In this document: piece by piece, positions 18,109 through 29,526 of the stretch | Layout of the letters: each line of letters opens with the position of its first letter | Numbering within the stretch: position 1 is the first letter of the stretch | Virus record (IMG/VR): IMGVR_UViG_3300042691_035156 | Coordinates: 32,001 to 96,000 of that record | Strand: one strand, 5' to 3' | DNA length: 64,000 nt | From: a virus | Notes under the pieces: generated by a model | Database searches by the model: none | What the model saw: only the letters and a program-made list of their open reading frames with translations | What the model was told of the DNA's origin: nothing | Translations under genes and position numbers: made by a program

Positions 18109-20637
18109 TTAGGTTACCTTCATTCCTATTTTATAGGAGTAGATTATGGGTGTACTTTTAACGTTTCTATCTTTTCTTAAGATCGCCCTAAATATTACTG
18201 AATTAATATTTTGTGGAACTTCTGGCGAATTAAAATAAGCTATTTGAGGAAGTGTGGCGATGTCAGAAAGGTTTTGATTAAAAGCTAAAACTTCAGGTTT
18301 ACCCTCAAACGCTCTTTCCTGAGGAGATATCTCTATCCACTTTAGGCCACCATCAACACTAATGTAGTAGTTTATTCTTGACTGTCCAACAACTTCTCCT
18401 TCAGAATTTGTTTCAACAGGTATATAATCTTCAACCTGAAGACTAAGAAGCTCAAGATTTCCATAAATGTAAAATGGTTTAGATATTATTTCAGATATAT
18501 CAGAGTAAGTTTCAAGGCCAACAAAAAGGTCTCTAATACCAACGCTTGCTCTTTTTGCTTTAAGGTATTCAAAATTTCTTTTTAAGAATAAATCTTTTGC
18601 CCTCTCAGCGTCTGCGGGTTCAGTGTAGTTTTGTTTGCTAACATTTTCTTCGGTGATAGTTATCTGTTGCTTGATAAAAAATGAATCCAATAAAGAAACA
18701 AGCTCTGTTTCTCCAGAGCTAATTGAAACAGTAAAAGAGTTTGCGTCTGCTGCAATAACATTGTAAACCCCCTTGTTTACAACAAGTTGATTCGACGTTG
18801 ATAGAGCCTTAATATAAACCCTATCTCCAGGAGATAGTCCATTGTTAGTGCTAGCAAAAACAGCTTCGTTATCTTCTGCGGTTACAGAAGTTATTGTCTT
18901 TCTTAAAGAATTCATATAAGAATTTAAAGACTGATCTTGAGGAAGAATAATGTGCAGAGCATTTCGATCATCCGTTAATGAAGAAATTATTGAATCAATG
19001 TAAGGCGAATTGACTTCGTATTTTGCAGCTCGTGATGGATCTGAAACAAAAACTTTCACCGGAATATTCTCTTGATTTATTCTGTCATTTGAAAAATAAT
19101 AACTTTGATTTGGTGTAGCACCATACTCTGGTGTAGCACCATAAGTTGGTGTAGCACCATGAGTTGGTGTAAATTTAATTCTGGTAAAGCTCTTTGATGA
19201 CTGCTGCCAATACTTTACTCTTACGGGCAATACTTCAGATGTTGACGACTTTATTCTTTCTGGGCCAATTATTGGTGGCACTACAGTATCTCTGTTCCAG
19301 GAAACGTCTTCTGCCCTGTAGTTTGCATTGTCCGCAACAACCTCTACTGGAGAAAACCTTGTTTGCCCCCTCCATGTTTGCGATTGGGTTGCAGCTGTAG
19401 CAGCCGCTTCGGTCTCATAGGGAGTCCAGTAAGCATGTTTTATGGTTACATCGTTGAACTGGGATTGCTCAAATGTGATAAAAACTTTATTTGCTTTTAT
19501 TCTTGGGAACCTAAAAACTCCCTTGTTATAAAAGTAACTTTCTTTTAAAGACAAGGAGGGATACGCAATATCCGAACCAATAAACACTGGGTTGTCCGCT
19601 GTTACAAGCGGGGTTATAACATTGTCTTTTTCGTTATAAATTTTAATAGAGGATATTTTAATATTTTTTATAACATCAATATTATCGTAACCAAAAAATG
19701 GAATTATTGATATATGATTAATATCTTCGCCATTTCTGTTTCTTGTTACAATTTCAACAGTTAACTTTAATGGCTTTGACGAGTCAAAGTTTGCCCAATT
19801 AATATATCTTTGATTTGCTCCAGATTGAGAAAGTCCGTACTGGAATTCATAATCGGACCTTTCTGCTGATACTGGAACATTAAGAGCCTCATATTCAAAA
19901 TAAGTTACAGGGCTTTCGTCAACCATAGCGAGTAGGTTTGACCTAAGAAGAGCGTTGTCTTTTTCATACAAAAATGGATTGCCATCGTCTTCATCTTCAA
20001 AGTAAAGATGATAACTGCCGTTTAATCCATTTGATATATCAAGATAAGACACTTCTCTGTTTTGTTCTCCATTATAATTTTGATTAATTATATTAATGTT
20101 TCCAGAAGCTTTCTTGATATTTCTTCTACTCAAGCAGGCGTACCCGTCGGTTACGTCGGGCATGTTCCCGTTTTTTATTTTTGAAGAATCAATTAAATCT
20201 AAATTATTAAAAGTGTCTCCAACATAAGTCATATTTGCTGCAGAACTATTCGAGTACATTTCAAGTGCAGATATTTTTGATCGTATCCTTGATACTAGAT
20301 TTTTTTCTGCCTCAATTTCATTTGTAATTTGATTAAATGAGTTAACATAATTTGCTACCAATGAGTCAAATTGATACATTATGTTATTCAAATCAGAAGA
20401 CATGTCTTGATTAAATCTGTTTAACTTTTCTGAAGAAGGAATATCACCTTTGTTCAAAAAAGGAATGGTTGCAATAGGTTTTCCTATAGACCTTTCTATT
20501 TCGCTAAGAAGTTTCCTGTATTGTTTATCGAACTCTTGTGGATCCGAGTTTTTATTTTGAACGTAGTTAAAAACAAATTCTTGAACCTTTGCAATTATCT
20601 GAGCGTAGGCTAGGGTGTCGGTTGAAAGTTGCGCCAT
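18109..20637 (-). CDS. putative virion structural protein (842 aa)
   Basis: GDIPSSEKLN, YYISVDGG.W.EISP, VIFRAIL..STPIIYSYKIG. Confidence 0.65.
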   Translation of the reverse strand: MAQLSTDTLAYAQIIAKVQEFVFNYVQNKNSDPQEFDKQYRKLLSEIERSIGKPIATIPFLNKGDIPSSEKLNRFNQDMSSDLNNIMYQFDSLVANYVNSFNQITNEIEAEKNLVSRIRSKISALEMYSNSSAANMTYVGDTFNNLDLIDSSKIKNGNMPDVTDGYACLSRRNIKKASGNINIINQNYNGEQNREVSYLDISNGLNGSYHLYFEDEDDGNPFLYEKDNALLRSNLLAMVDESPVTYFEYEALNVPVSAERSDYEFQYGLSQSGANQRYINWANFDSSKPLKLTVEIVTRNRNGEDINHISIIPFFGYDNIDVIKNIKISSIKIYNEKDNVITPLVTADNPVFIGSDIAYPSLSLKESYFYNKGVFRFPRIKANKVFITFEQSQFNDVTIKHAYWTPYETEAAATAATQSQTWRGQTRFSPVEVVADNANYRAEDVSWNRDTVVPPIIGPERIKSSTSEVLPVRVKYWQQSSKSFTRIKFTPTHGATPTYGATPEYGATPNQSYYFSNDRINQENIPVKVFVSDPSRAAKYEVNSPYIDSIISSLTDDRNALHIILPQDQSLNSYMNSLRKTITSVTAEDNEAVFASTNNGLSPGDRVYIKALSTSNQLVVNKGVYNVIAADANSFTVSISSGETELVSLLDSFFIKQQITITEENVSKQNYTEPADAERAKDLFLKRNFEYLKAKRASVGIRDLFVGLETYSDISEIISKPFYIYGNLELLSLQVEDYIPVETNSEGEVVGQSRINYYISVDGGLKWIEISPQERAFEGKPEVLAFNQNLSDIATLPQIAYFNSPEVPQNINSVIFRAILRKDRNVKSTPIIYSYKIGMKVT
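19111..19171. repeat. 18-bp tandem repeat x3.4 encoding (HGATPT/YGATPE/YGATPN)
   Basis: TGGTGTAGCACCAT-N4 units at 19111, 19129 and 19147, partial at 19165. Confidence 0.9.
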
Positions 20638-20645
20638 GTTAGTTC

Positions 20646-23300
20646 CTAATTAGATTTGTTCTTAAATAAATTATCATATTTCATTAGTCTGAGCAAGGTG
20701 TTATCCCTTGTTTCTGAAGAAAACTTAAATATTAACCTATCAACAGAGTAGTTCTGCTCAGAGTTGTTAAGGGACCTAAAAACAACTCTGTATCTGAAAG
20801 AGTCTGGAATATACTGATAAAGAACTCTAAATGGTTTGTTGATTTCTTTATTAAATAGTATGGTATCAGAATAGTGAATAAACAAAACATCGTCAGTTTC
20901 ATAAAATGATTCAATTTTATTATCTAGTGTATAATTAGTTATATTAATAGCCCTAGACCCATCGTCAAAGAAGACCTTTACTGGAGAATAGTTTGAATAG
21001 TCTGCTCCAATAGCAGAAGTTATTGACGATGTAACTGTTCCAGAATAATTTGAATAAGCGCTATTTACCAGTTTTGATCTATCAATATATGGGTCTTCAA
21101 GAAGTCTTACCCTATTCCCTTGCGAAGTGGAGCTAAACCTTTCTCCATTGATCCCATTAACGTTTGGAGTTGCTAGAACCGGTGTTGATAAACCATTTGG
21201 ATTAAGCTGTATTTCACGAACTGAATCAATATACTTTGGTGTGTACGAAACAAAATACCTAGAAGATGGGTTGAACTGAAGTATCTTTAAAGACCTTTGA
21301 TTTACAATATAGGAACCAGGCTCTCTTCTTTCTCCGTTAGAATACATAACGATTGATTCTTCTAGTGGATCAAACCTGAGTGTGCATTCTCCATTCGAGT
21401 TTGGAACCAGAAGCTCTGACCTAATAGACGTTTCGCCATACGGCATTATGGGAATCCAGTTTGACTCTGAGGTTGGAAACTCGCTTGTTGTTACACTAAA
21501 CTCAACTGACGTTGCGTCTTTTGATGGATCGTCTTGAAAAAACAAAAGTTCTTCAAAATAGTTTGCCAACATCTTTGTTTTCAATGGTCTTCCATTTGTG
21601 TTAATTTTTTTACTAACAAAAACAGATTTAGTTGGCATTACCTGCGCCGTGACAAGTTTTTCAAAAAAGAATATACCGCCAATTGATATGTTGTATTCAT
21701 ACATGTTCGTTGCTTCTGTTGCATTCAACATCTGGGTAGCATCTTCTTTTGACAATCCGCCAATAGTTTGGGAAATAAAGTGAAGATTTTTATCAACCGT
21801 GTTAGAGTCTCCAACTGGCATTAGCCCACTAGTAACCATATTTCTAACTGGCTTAGTTTTATCTGTTATGTTGGATTCAATGTAAACTGAAGAGTTTTGA
21901 GTCCTAAGTTTTGCACCTAAAGTATAGGATATAATTGAGAATATAATGTTTGAAAACATAGACGTATTTTTAAACTTATTAAAAGAGTCTAGGTCGGAAA
22001 AATACGTGTTTCTTCCGAGCTCTTCAACAACTCCAAAATTAGTATCTGACAAATTAGTTGGATAATAATTGGTGTAATTATAAGAATATATTTTTTTATT
22101 TCTTAACAAGAATGTTTTTTCTGTATCTTTTAAGAAAAACTTAACAACGAAGTCCTGCAAAGAATCGTGCGAATTGTTTCTTCTTTCTTTAACGGAGTTG
22201 ACTATTGATGAAATCATTTTTGAATTTATTTCAGACTGAACAGGAGAAATTTTTGTTCTTAAATAATTTACTTGTGCCAGTATAATTGTTATTGATTTAA
22301 TTATGTGGCTGTTATTCAAGTCAATATCAGAATTTTTTGATATTGTAACAGGACTGGTTAAAACTGGTTTCTTTACAAAAGTTCCTGTACTTGATCCAAT
22401 ATTTTGTGAATCTTCAGTTTCTATAATAATTTGAGATACTTGCATTCCAACACTGTAGTTTGGCACTAGTCTTATTCTTGATAATGATATTGGGGCAACA
22501 AAATCTACGTTAATCGCAACTTGAGCCGAGGGCTGAGTAATTACATTGTTTTTGTAGTTTATATATTTTTCTGAATCTAAAAGAGATTGTTTTAGTATAA
22601 ACGGAGTTTTTGCAGAAATGCTCCAAGATTTAGAATTAGTGTTATTGAGTACGTTGTTGATTCCTGTGTCACTTGAAATATATTCGCTAGGAAAATTGGT
22701 TTCATAGGTTATGCTTCTAATGTTTGACTTATTAACCGGCACTAACGAAAGTTCGTAATCTGAGGAATAGTTGAGTTTACCAGTTGATTGATTTACGTGA
22801 GCTGTCATATTTGCGCCGAATGGCACTCCATCCCTGTCTGGAATGCTCAGTGTTGAGTCTTCATTTATAAAAGAGTTTTGATCACTATCAAAATTTTCTA
22901 TAAAAGAAGAATTGTACAAATCATCTTCTCCTGAAATAAAAGAGTAGTTTTGTATATAAGATTCTAGATACTCAATATCTTTTTCAAGTTTTTGCAATTC
23001 TCCGCCAAACAAGTTTGTCATAGCCATTCCCATGATGGAAAGAGAATTAGAGATATCAAATTCGCTTTTAACCCTTAAGTCAATGTCTCGGAACATATCG
23101 ATTAAAGTTTCTCGCTGAACGGTTTCAAGCTGTCTAATAATTCTAGGAGAATAGTCAGCAGAAGCGGTAAAAGAAGAAAGCTTTTCTACCAGTCTTCCTA
23201 TTTCAACTTTTTCAGAACTAACCTCAGAAAGGACAGACGCTATTGACATCCTAGATTGTCTACTAAAAAGCTTAATATGATCACTAAGTTGATTTAACAT
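20646..23300 (-). CDS. putative virion structural protein (884 aa)
   Basis: Large beta-rich ORF, translationally coupled in the structural operon. Confidence 0.65.
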   Translation of the reverse strand: MLNQLSDHIKLFSRQSRMSIASVLSEVSSEKVEIGRLVEKLSSFTASADYSPRIIRQLETVQRETLIDMFRDIDLRVKSEFDISNSLSIMGMAMTNLFGGELQKLEKDIEYLESYIQNYSFISGEDDLYNSSFIENFDSDQNSFINEDSTLSIPDRDGVPFGANMTAHVNQSTGKLNYSSDYELSLVPVNKSNIRSITYETNFPSEYISSDTGINNVLNNTNSKSWSISAKTPFILKQSLLDSEKYINYKNNVITQPSAQVAINVDFVAPISLSRIRLVPNYSVGMQVSQIIIETEDSQNIGSSTGTFVKKPVLTSPVTISKNSDIDLNNSHIIKSITIILAQVNYLRTKISPVQSEINSKMISSIVNSVKERRNNSHDSLQDFVVKFFLKDTEKTFLLRNKKIYSYNYTNYYPTNLSDTNFGVVEELGRNTYFSDLDSFNKFKNTSMFSNIIFSIISYTLGAKLRTQNSSVYIESNITDKTKPVRNMVTSGLMPVGDSNTVDKNLHFISQTIGGLSKEDATQMLNATEATNMYEYNISIGGIFFFEKLVTAQVMPTKSVFVSKKINTNGRPLKTKMLANYFEELLFFQDDPSKDATSVEFSVTTSEFPTSESNWIPIMPYGETSIRSELLVPNSNGECTLRFDPLEESIVMYSNGERREPGSYIVNQRSLKILQFNPSSRYFVSYTPKYIDSVREIQLNPNGLSTPVLATPNVNGINGERFSSTSQGNRVRLLEDPYIDRSKLVNSAYSNYSGTVTSSITSAIGADYSNYSPVKVFFDDGSRAINITNYTLDNKIESFYETDDVLFIHYSDTILFNKEINKPFRVLYQYIPDSFRYRVVFRSLNNSEQNYSVDRLIFKFSSETRDNTLLRLMKYDNLFKNKSN

Positions 23301-26300
23301 CTAGATCGTTCTCCAGTCATTTCCTTCTAGGTCTTGAATATCAAAGCTTACACCTGCAGTAAGATTTCCTCTTACAATTGCATAAATCTCTTCTTCTGAA
23401 GTAAAGTGGTCTTTTACTTCTTTTGGAATTCTTACAATTACGTATCCGCCATTTGGATATGTATAACCCTTTCCTGACTGTATGTCGGCAAATGACAAAA
23501 TATTACTATTTTCTTTTGACAACTTCTTTGCATCTTGAGATCCGGAGATGCCTCCACCTTTTACTCTCAAATCTTTTATTGAAATGTTTTCAAAAGAGTA
23601 TTTGTTAATCACATTAATAGTTGCTATATGCAATGCTAGAGGATCGTAATTTTCATGGCCGGCAACGAAAGTTGAGTAATCATATGTCCAGTCAATTACT
23701 CTTCCATCTTCAAACTCTTCTTCGTTAATATAATTCATGCCGTCAAAATATTCAACTAATTTTGGACTAATAAAAATATAAACAGGTTTTGATATACCGC
23801 TTTCGCTAAATGGGTTTAGGGGAATCTCTCTTCCTTCAACATGCCTTAATAAGATGTTGGGTGACTTTGTAACGTAGTCTATTTTAATATTATAAGGACT
23901 TGAAGGAACTATTTCTCTTCTAAAAAAAACATCTCCGGTATGTTTGTTGAAATCAATAATTTCATTTTGATCTATTTCTTCCCATTGATTTGTTTCTGCG
24001 TTCTTTATCCTAACCTTCAGCCAAGGAAGTGATGGGTTAGCGTCGGTATATCTTGAATCAATAGAAGCTTTGTTTATTTGATTTTGATAAGAATGTATAG
24101 AACCAAATCTAGTTCTTATCTGATTGTCGGCAACTACTATAGGATGCTCATTAAAAACATCTTCATAACCTGCACCAAAAATGTTTGAGTAATTTAATTT
24201 CAAATTAGTTGTGTCGTACGTGCATCTAAGCTTTTTTCCGACATGGTTTTTGAGATAGTTTGAATAGTTGTTTTCTGGTATAGATATTTCTTTAAAAAAC
24301 TTTCCATACCCAATTCCAATAAACCATGAATCAAATTTTGACAAATTATTTGGTGGTGGATATACGCCAATTTTTGGTCTACCAAAACTCTTAACAGAAT
24401 ATAGTGGAGCAATTATTTTATTTGGAAGAGCAAAATAAGAAAAGTCTGCTTCAACATTAGATATTGTTGCTCCATTTCCTTTTTCTCCGTCAGCGTCTAC
24501 GGCGAGAAGGCCAACATAAAAAGCGTTCGGACCACCAGTTTCTGGGTTAATATAATCAGAATATGTTATAGTATTTCCGTAAAATCTTCTTGTTTGAACA
24601 TTATAGAATTGCCATATTAGACCATATGTTGGAGGAGCAGAGTTTTCTCCCCACAATAGTTTGATCAATCCAAAAGATATATCTCTGCCTTCTGGAGACC
24701 TAATTATTGACTCAAAATTTGGAAAACCTATTGGCCTACCTTCTGAATCGCTTAGAACAACCAGTCCATCAAGAGCAGAAATAGTTGAAGGAGTTTGCCT
24801 TGCCGGAACAGTTGGGTCATCGGCGTCTTTTATCCAATAGTTTTGTATTGGAGATACAACGCTAAAATCCTCACTATAAAAAGATTCTCCATTTGCAGCT
24901 GAAAAAAAGAACTTGTTTGTTGTTAAATCATTTTTAAATGCATAGACCGAAAATTCCAAAACACTAACATTTGATTCTTCTTCGGTGTTTGTTTTTCGTG
25001 CTTGAGTTATTAATGGCAGTTCATTTAAAACAATCTTATTTGAATTTGTTGTTTCAAGAACAAAATTTATATTACCATCATTTGATGCATAAGAAATTGT
25101 TGGATTTTTATTTATACCCTCTTCCAATATATAAAGAGGTGTTTCCTGAGAAATGCCAGGTATAGATATTGCTAAGCTTCCGACAGGATCTATTTCTGGT
25201 ATGGAAACTTCTGGAGCCCCTATGCTTCTGAGATTTTCTGTATCAACAAATACTGAATCAAAGTATATGTCAGTTATTTGTGGAACAGCTGAAGCTGTTG
25301 ATGTTGAATGATTTAAGTCAAGATAAGAGTCGCCATTTTGATTTATGTTTATCCTACCTTTTATCTTGCCAGTTACTGCAGCAGAAAAAGTTCCGTTTTC
25401 CTCAAAGGGAACATCAACAAGACTTGAAGAAGTTGTAGTAATATTCATTTCTAAATTTCTCAAAGAGAAACCTTCGGCATTTGGACCAAGACCGGATATT
25501 GATCCACCTTGGACTTTTAGCATTATGAACTTTGCTCCGACTATGTTTGGAACAGATATTTCTTTTGTTCCGTTTGCGCCAATTGATAGGTTCAAACTTC
25601 TTGAATATATTGGCTTTATTTTTGCTACGTCAGGAACTATATGCCTGGTTTGAGAAAGGTCATTAGAATAGACTTTAATATCGAGTATTTGAGACGCCCA
25701 CGAACCTGCCCTTACTCTAACTGAATGTAATTGAGTTGCATTTTCTGGAACCTTTACCAATATGTAGTCAACAATGGAGCTTGGTCCAGCAGTACCAGTA
25801 AAGCTTATTCTTCTATACTCCGTTTTGCCCACGTTAGATATATCAGAATACTGAACAGCTCTATCAATGTAAGCTTGGATGTCTGCATCTTTTGATGCTG
25901 CTCTTTCTCTTTGGAAAGCTGTGGGATTTGTTCTTTTCAGATTGAGCCAATAAATTGCTAGAACAGATTTTGTTTCTGAGTCAACTATGCCATCAACAAA
26001 GCTTTGGCTTTTTGCTGCTTGGAAAGCAACAACTTCTGCCGCAGTTTTTGGTCCATATACTCCATCTACTCTAAGTTTTGCACCGTTTTTATTTAAAGTA
26101 TATTGTATGTATTTAACATATGAATTCTTTACAGTGATAGCTGTGGTTCTTGCCGTGGTTGATGCACCAGATGTGGTTGAAGAAGAAGAATCAACCACTG
26201 AAGGAATTGTTTCAGTTATTGCCTCATAAAGTGTGGGGTAAGCCTTATTGAACTCTCTTAAAATGAATCCTACACCCGCTCCTTTTAGGTATGCATACGG

Positions 26301-29300
26301 ATCACTGGGTAATTTTGTTCTGGCAAAAGGTATCAGCCATTCTTTAAATATGTTGAGAAAAAACTTTACCTTATTATCGTTACTGTAAAATACCCACTTC
26401 GACGCAATTGGATGAGAAGCCAATTGTCCATAGGTGTACACGCTGCTGCTTATGTAGCTTACTATTTTTCCATCTAATCTTATTCCATCTAGCTCACAAG
26501 AGTCTGCGTCAATATATCGAAAACTAAGTTTTCTTCCTTTTCTATATGAAAGATCAATTGCGTCTTGTGTGCCACCTCTTGTTGTGCCAGCAGAAGAGGT
26601 AGTCGTTGCCGACGTTGTGCTTGACGCTGTTCTATATGAGACTTTATATTCGTCCCATCTTTCAGACTTTCCTATATCATTGGTAAAGTGAAAATTATTT
26701 AAAACATTTTTGGTTGTATCTTGATCAATAGCTAAGATGTCTGTTCTTGAATATATCTTTGATGAATACCTGTATCGATTAAATGGAGATTCATCATTCA
26801 AGATTTGAATAGGAGAATCATCCATGCTTGCAACACTTACATACTGTCTTACGTTTGAGACTTGATTTACTGGAGTAACACCCTTAAATGATCCAGAACC
26901 AGAAATTCTGGTTGCAAAAGGAACTTCCCAATTTAAAACATAAGAATTGTTAAATTCAGAAGTTTTGTTGTAGGCGTATTGAACGGCCAGATTAATATCG
27001 TAACTTTTTACTGGCTGAGACCCTTCAAGATAGTCTTTTGGAATTTTTCTAGAATCGTCTATTGGAGACCTGTATTCGGATGATTCAATAACTGAATATG
27101 GATAGTCTATTGAAGAAAAGTCAAATTCAGGAGAAACAACCTTAGAGTAGGCGTCAACTAAAACTGGACTGGAGGATCTGATTTGATTTAGGGCGGGTGA
27201 TTTTATCTTGTAGACAGCGTAGGGTGACACTTCATCATTGATTCTTGGTGAATAAAAATATTCGCCTGAACTTAAAGAGTCAAAATTCAAAAATCCAACG
27301 TTAGTATTCGTGCACTCTATGTAAAATTCAACATTTGAAAAGTCTCTGTTTATTATTCCATTTCCTATATTAGAAATATTCCTCATGTCATTTGTCAATA
27401 TGTCTGACAAAGAACTAGTTCCATTGACTTGTATTTCTCTAACAAAAAAGGATTGTGCTTCGTTAGCGTTTATATCCGTTGAGACCTCTGTTTTTGTTGA
27501 GAACTTGTGTACTAGCTTTTCTTGTTCTGACAAAACAGTTATCTTTCCATTTTTTAAGACACCATTGATTGTCCAAGAGTTTCTCCAAGGAGAAACATGC
27601 CAAAGAATTGATGACTCATAATTAAATTTATTAGAATTTGCTATCCTTACCTTAATGCTTTGGCTGATTATATTCTGAAACAATTTACAGGCACCTTCTG
27701 TAACTGGAACAATCGTTGCAGAGTCTTGATTGATTTGATTTAGTGCGCCGGCATTTCTAGCTGGAGCGCCTATTCCTCCACTGAAAATGTCATTAACAAA
27801 ATGACCAATTGAAGACGCAGAGAAGTAAACGCTGGGAAGATCTACTGTTGCCTGAGAAGACATTGTAGTGAAGCCAAACAGTTTTCTGTATATCAGAACA
27901 TCTTCATTAACACTGGCAATTGATTTTGTAGATAAAACACTCCAACTATCTGAGGTGTCAAAAACGGAAAGTTGGACAGGAAAATAATTTGGAGTAGCAC
28001 CATCTTTACTCAGCAGCTGTTTTCTTCTTCCAAAAATTCCATAGTCAGCTATTGAATTTTCCTCGTGAAATTCGCTCATATTCCAACCGTTAAACGAGTC
28101 TTTGCCATTTTTGAACGAATCATTTAACTTAATAAGACCACTTTCAGTTACAATTTTGTCATAGTTAAATCCAAAATATTGTAAACCGTTTTCGGATGCA
28201 GAACCCATATTCAGTAGAGAGCAATCAATAAATACAGACGTTCCGTTCTGAAGCCAATGAGACACTTTATAATACTGATCTTCTGTAATGGTTCCTATTG
28301 GTGTCCAGAACAGAATGTCGTAATCTCTGTATATATTTTCTTTATTATCTAGATCAACTGTCCAATGATTTTTTGATAACTTATTGTCGTCCTCTGCATA
28401 TGGATTGTAAAAATTCATATTGAGATTGTTTGTTTCGTACATTTCCATATTGGAAAAAACAAATGGATAGGGCGCATCCCCAGACGAAGAAGAGTATATA
28501 ACCGCAGCTTTTACTTTTATTTTTTCTTCGTTTAAATATATATTACTTACAGAAGATATATCGGTATTAATTTTTGCAACCAGTCTCCAGTTAAATGTCT
28601 GAAAAGTTCTTGGATCTTGTATAGCCTTTTTGGGAACAATTCCCTTCCATCCAGCGTACTTAAATTGCCTATTTGTAAGTTCATTTTCTTTTTGAGAAAA
28701 CAATTGTGTTGAATAAATTCTTCTTTCTGATGAAGAATCATCCATTACTTCTGTTTCTTCTAAAACTTTTGTATAAAAATGTTGTGTGTTTATTATTTCT
28801 TTAAACCCTAGAAACTGTTCTTTTGCTAGAGCGTCTTTTGTGATTTCATACTTGTCGTAAACAAGACTTAAACCAACCGGATCAGCGTCATCTAGAATAA
28901 CAATTATTCTATAAAAGGAAGTTTGCGCCTGCGCAACATTTGCATTTGTAGCATATCTCTCTAGCAGGATTTGATATCTGTTAGTTCCATCTGGATTTAA
29001 ATATTTATTACCAGAAGAATCAACAACTCTTATATTTAGCTCGTCTGGATTTTTGATTCTTGATGGAGAATTTAAGCCAGAGTACTCTGTGATTGAGGAG
29101 TTTTGAAGTGTAAAGAACCTACTCACATAATAACTGTGAATAAAAAGATTTTCTGAAAGTTCATTAATCTTGTCTGTAAAATCGAAGTTTCCATCATAGG
29201 AATTTAAAAATTTATTACTAACAGATATCTCTGAGTTGTTTAATATTGGTGAATGTTTTATTTCACCTTTTTGAGTATCATCATTTGCATATCTTAGAAC

Positions 29301-29523
29301 ACCAAACTCATCAGCATACATTATCGAATCTGATTCACTTGATGTTTGTGCAGATACGTTTTCTGGTATTGAAGAGGAAAGGTCAAGAACACTTAAGTGA
29401 TTGCTGGGCGTAACTTCTTCCGAGGAGTACCATCCGCAAATTTATTGCGTCTGGAGGCAGTGTTGTGCCCTTTTTGACTGCTGCTTCTTTTTTGTTATCT
29501 GTTAAATTATCAAAAGCTCTCAT
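23301..29523 (-). CDS. large tail/baseplate protein with peptidoglycan-binding domain; +1 frameshift at 29436 (about 2073 aa reconstructed)
   Basis: ATG 29523 (GAGGA SD) MRAFDN..DAINL, then CGG-A, with the +1 frame continuing GWYSS.. into the 2006-aa ORF. PG-binding motif VKYIQYTL..VDGVYGPKT..FQ..VDGIVD. Confidence 0.75.
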
Positions 29524-29526
29524 CAA

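Noticed and set aside
19111-19171. Palindromic repeats as a mini-CRISPR array
   Set aside because: Only 4-nt spacers with an 18-bp period, in frame inside a CDS.
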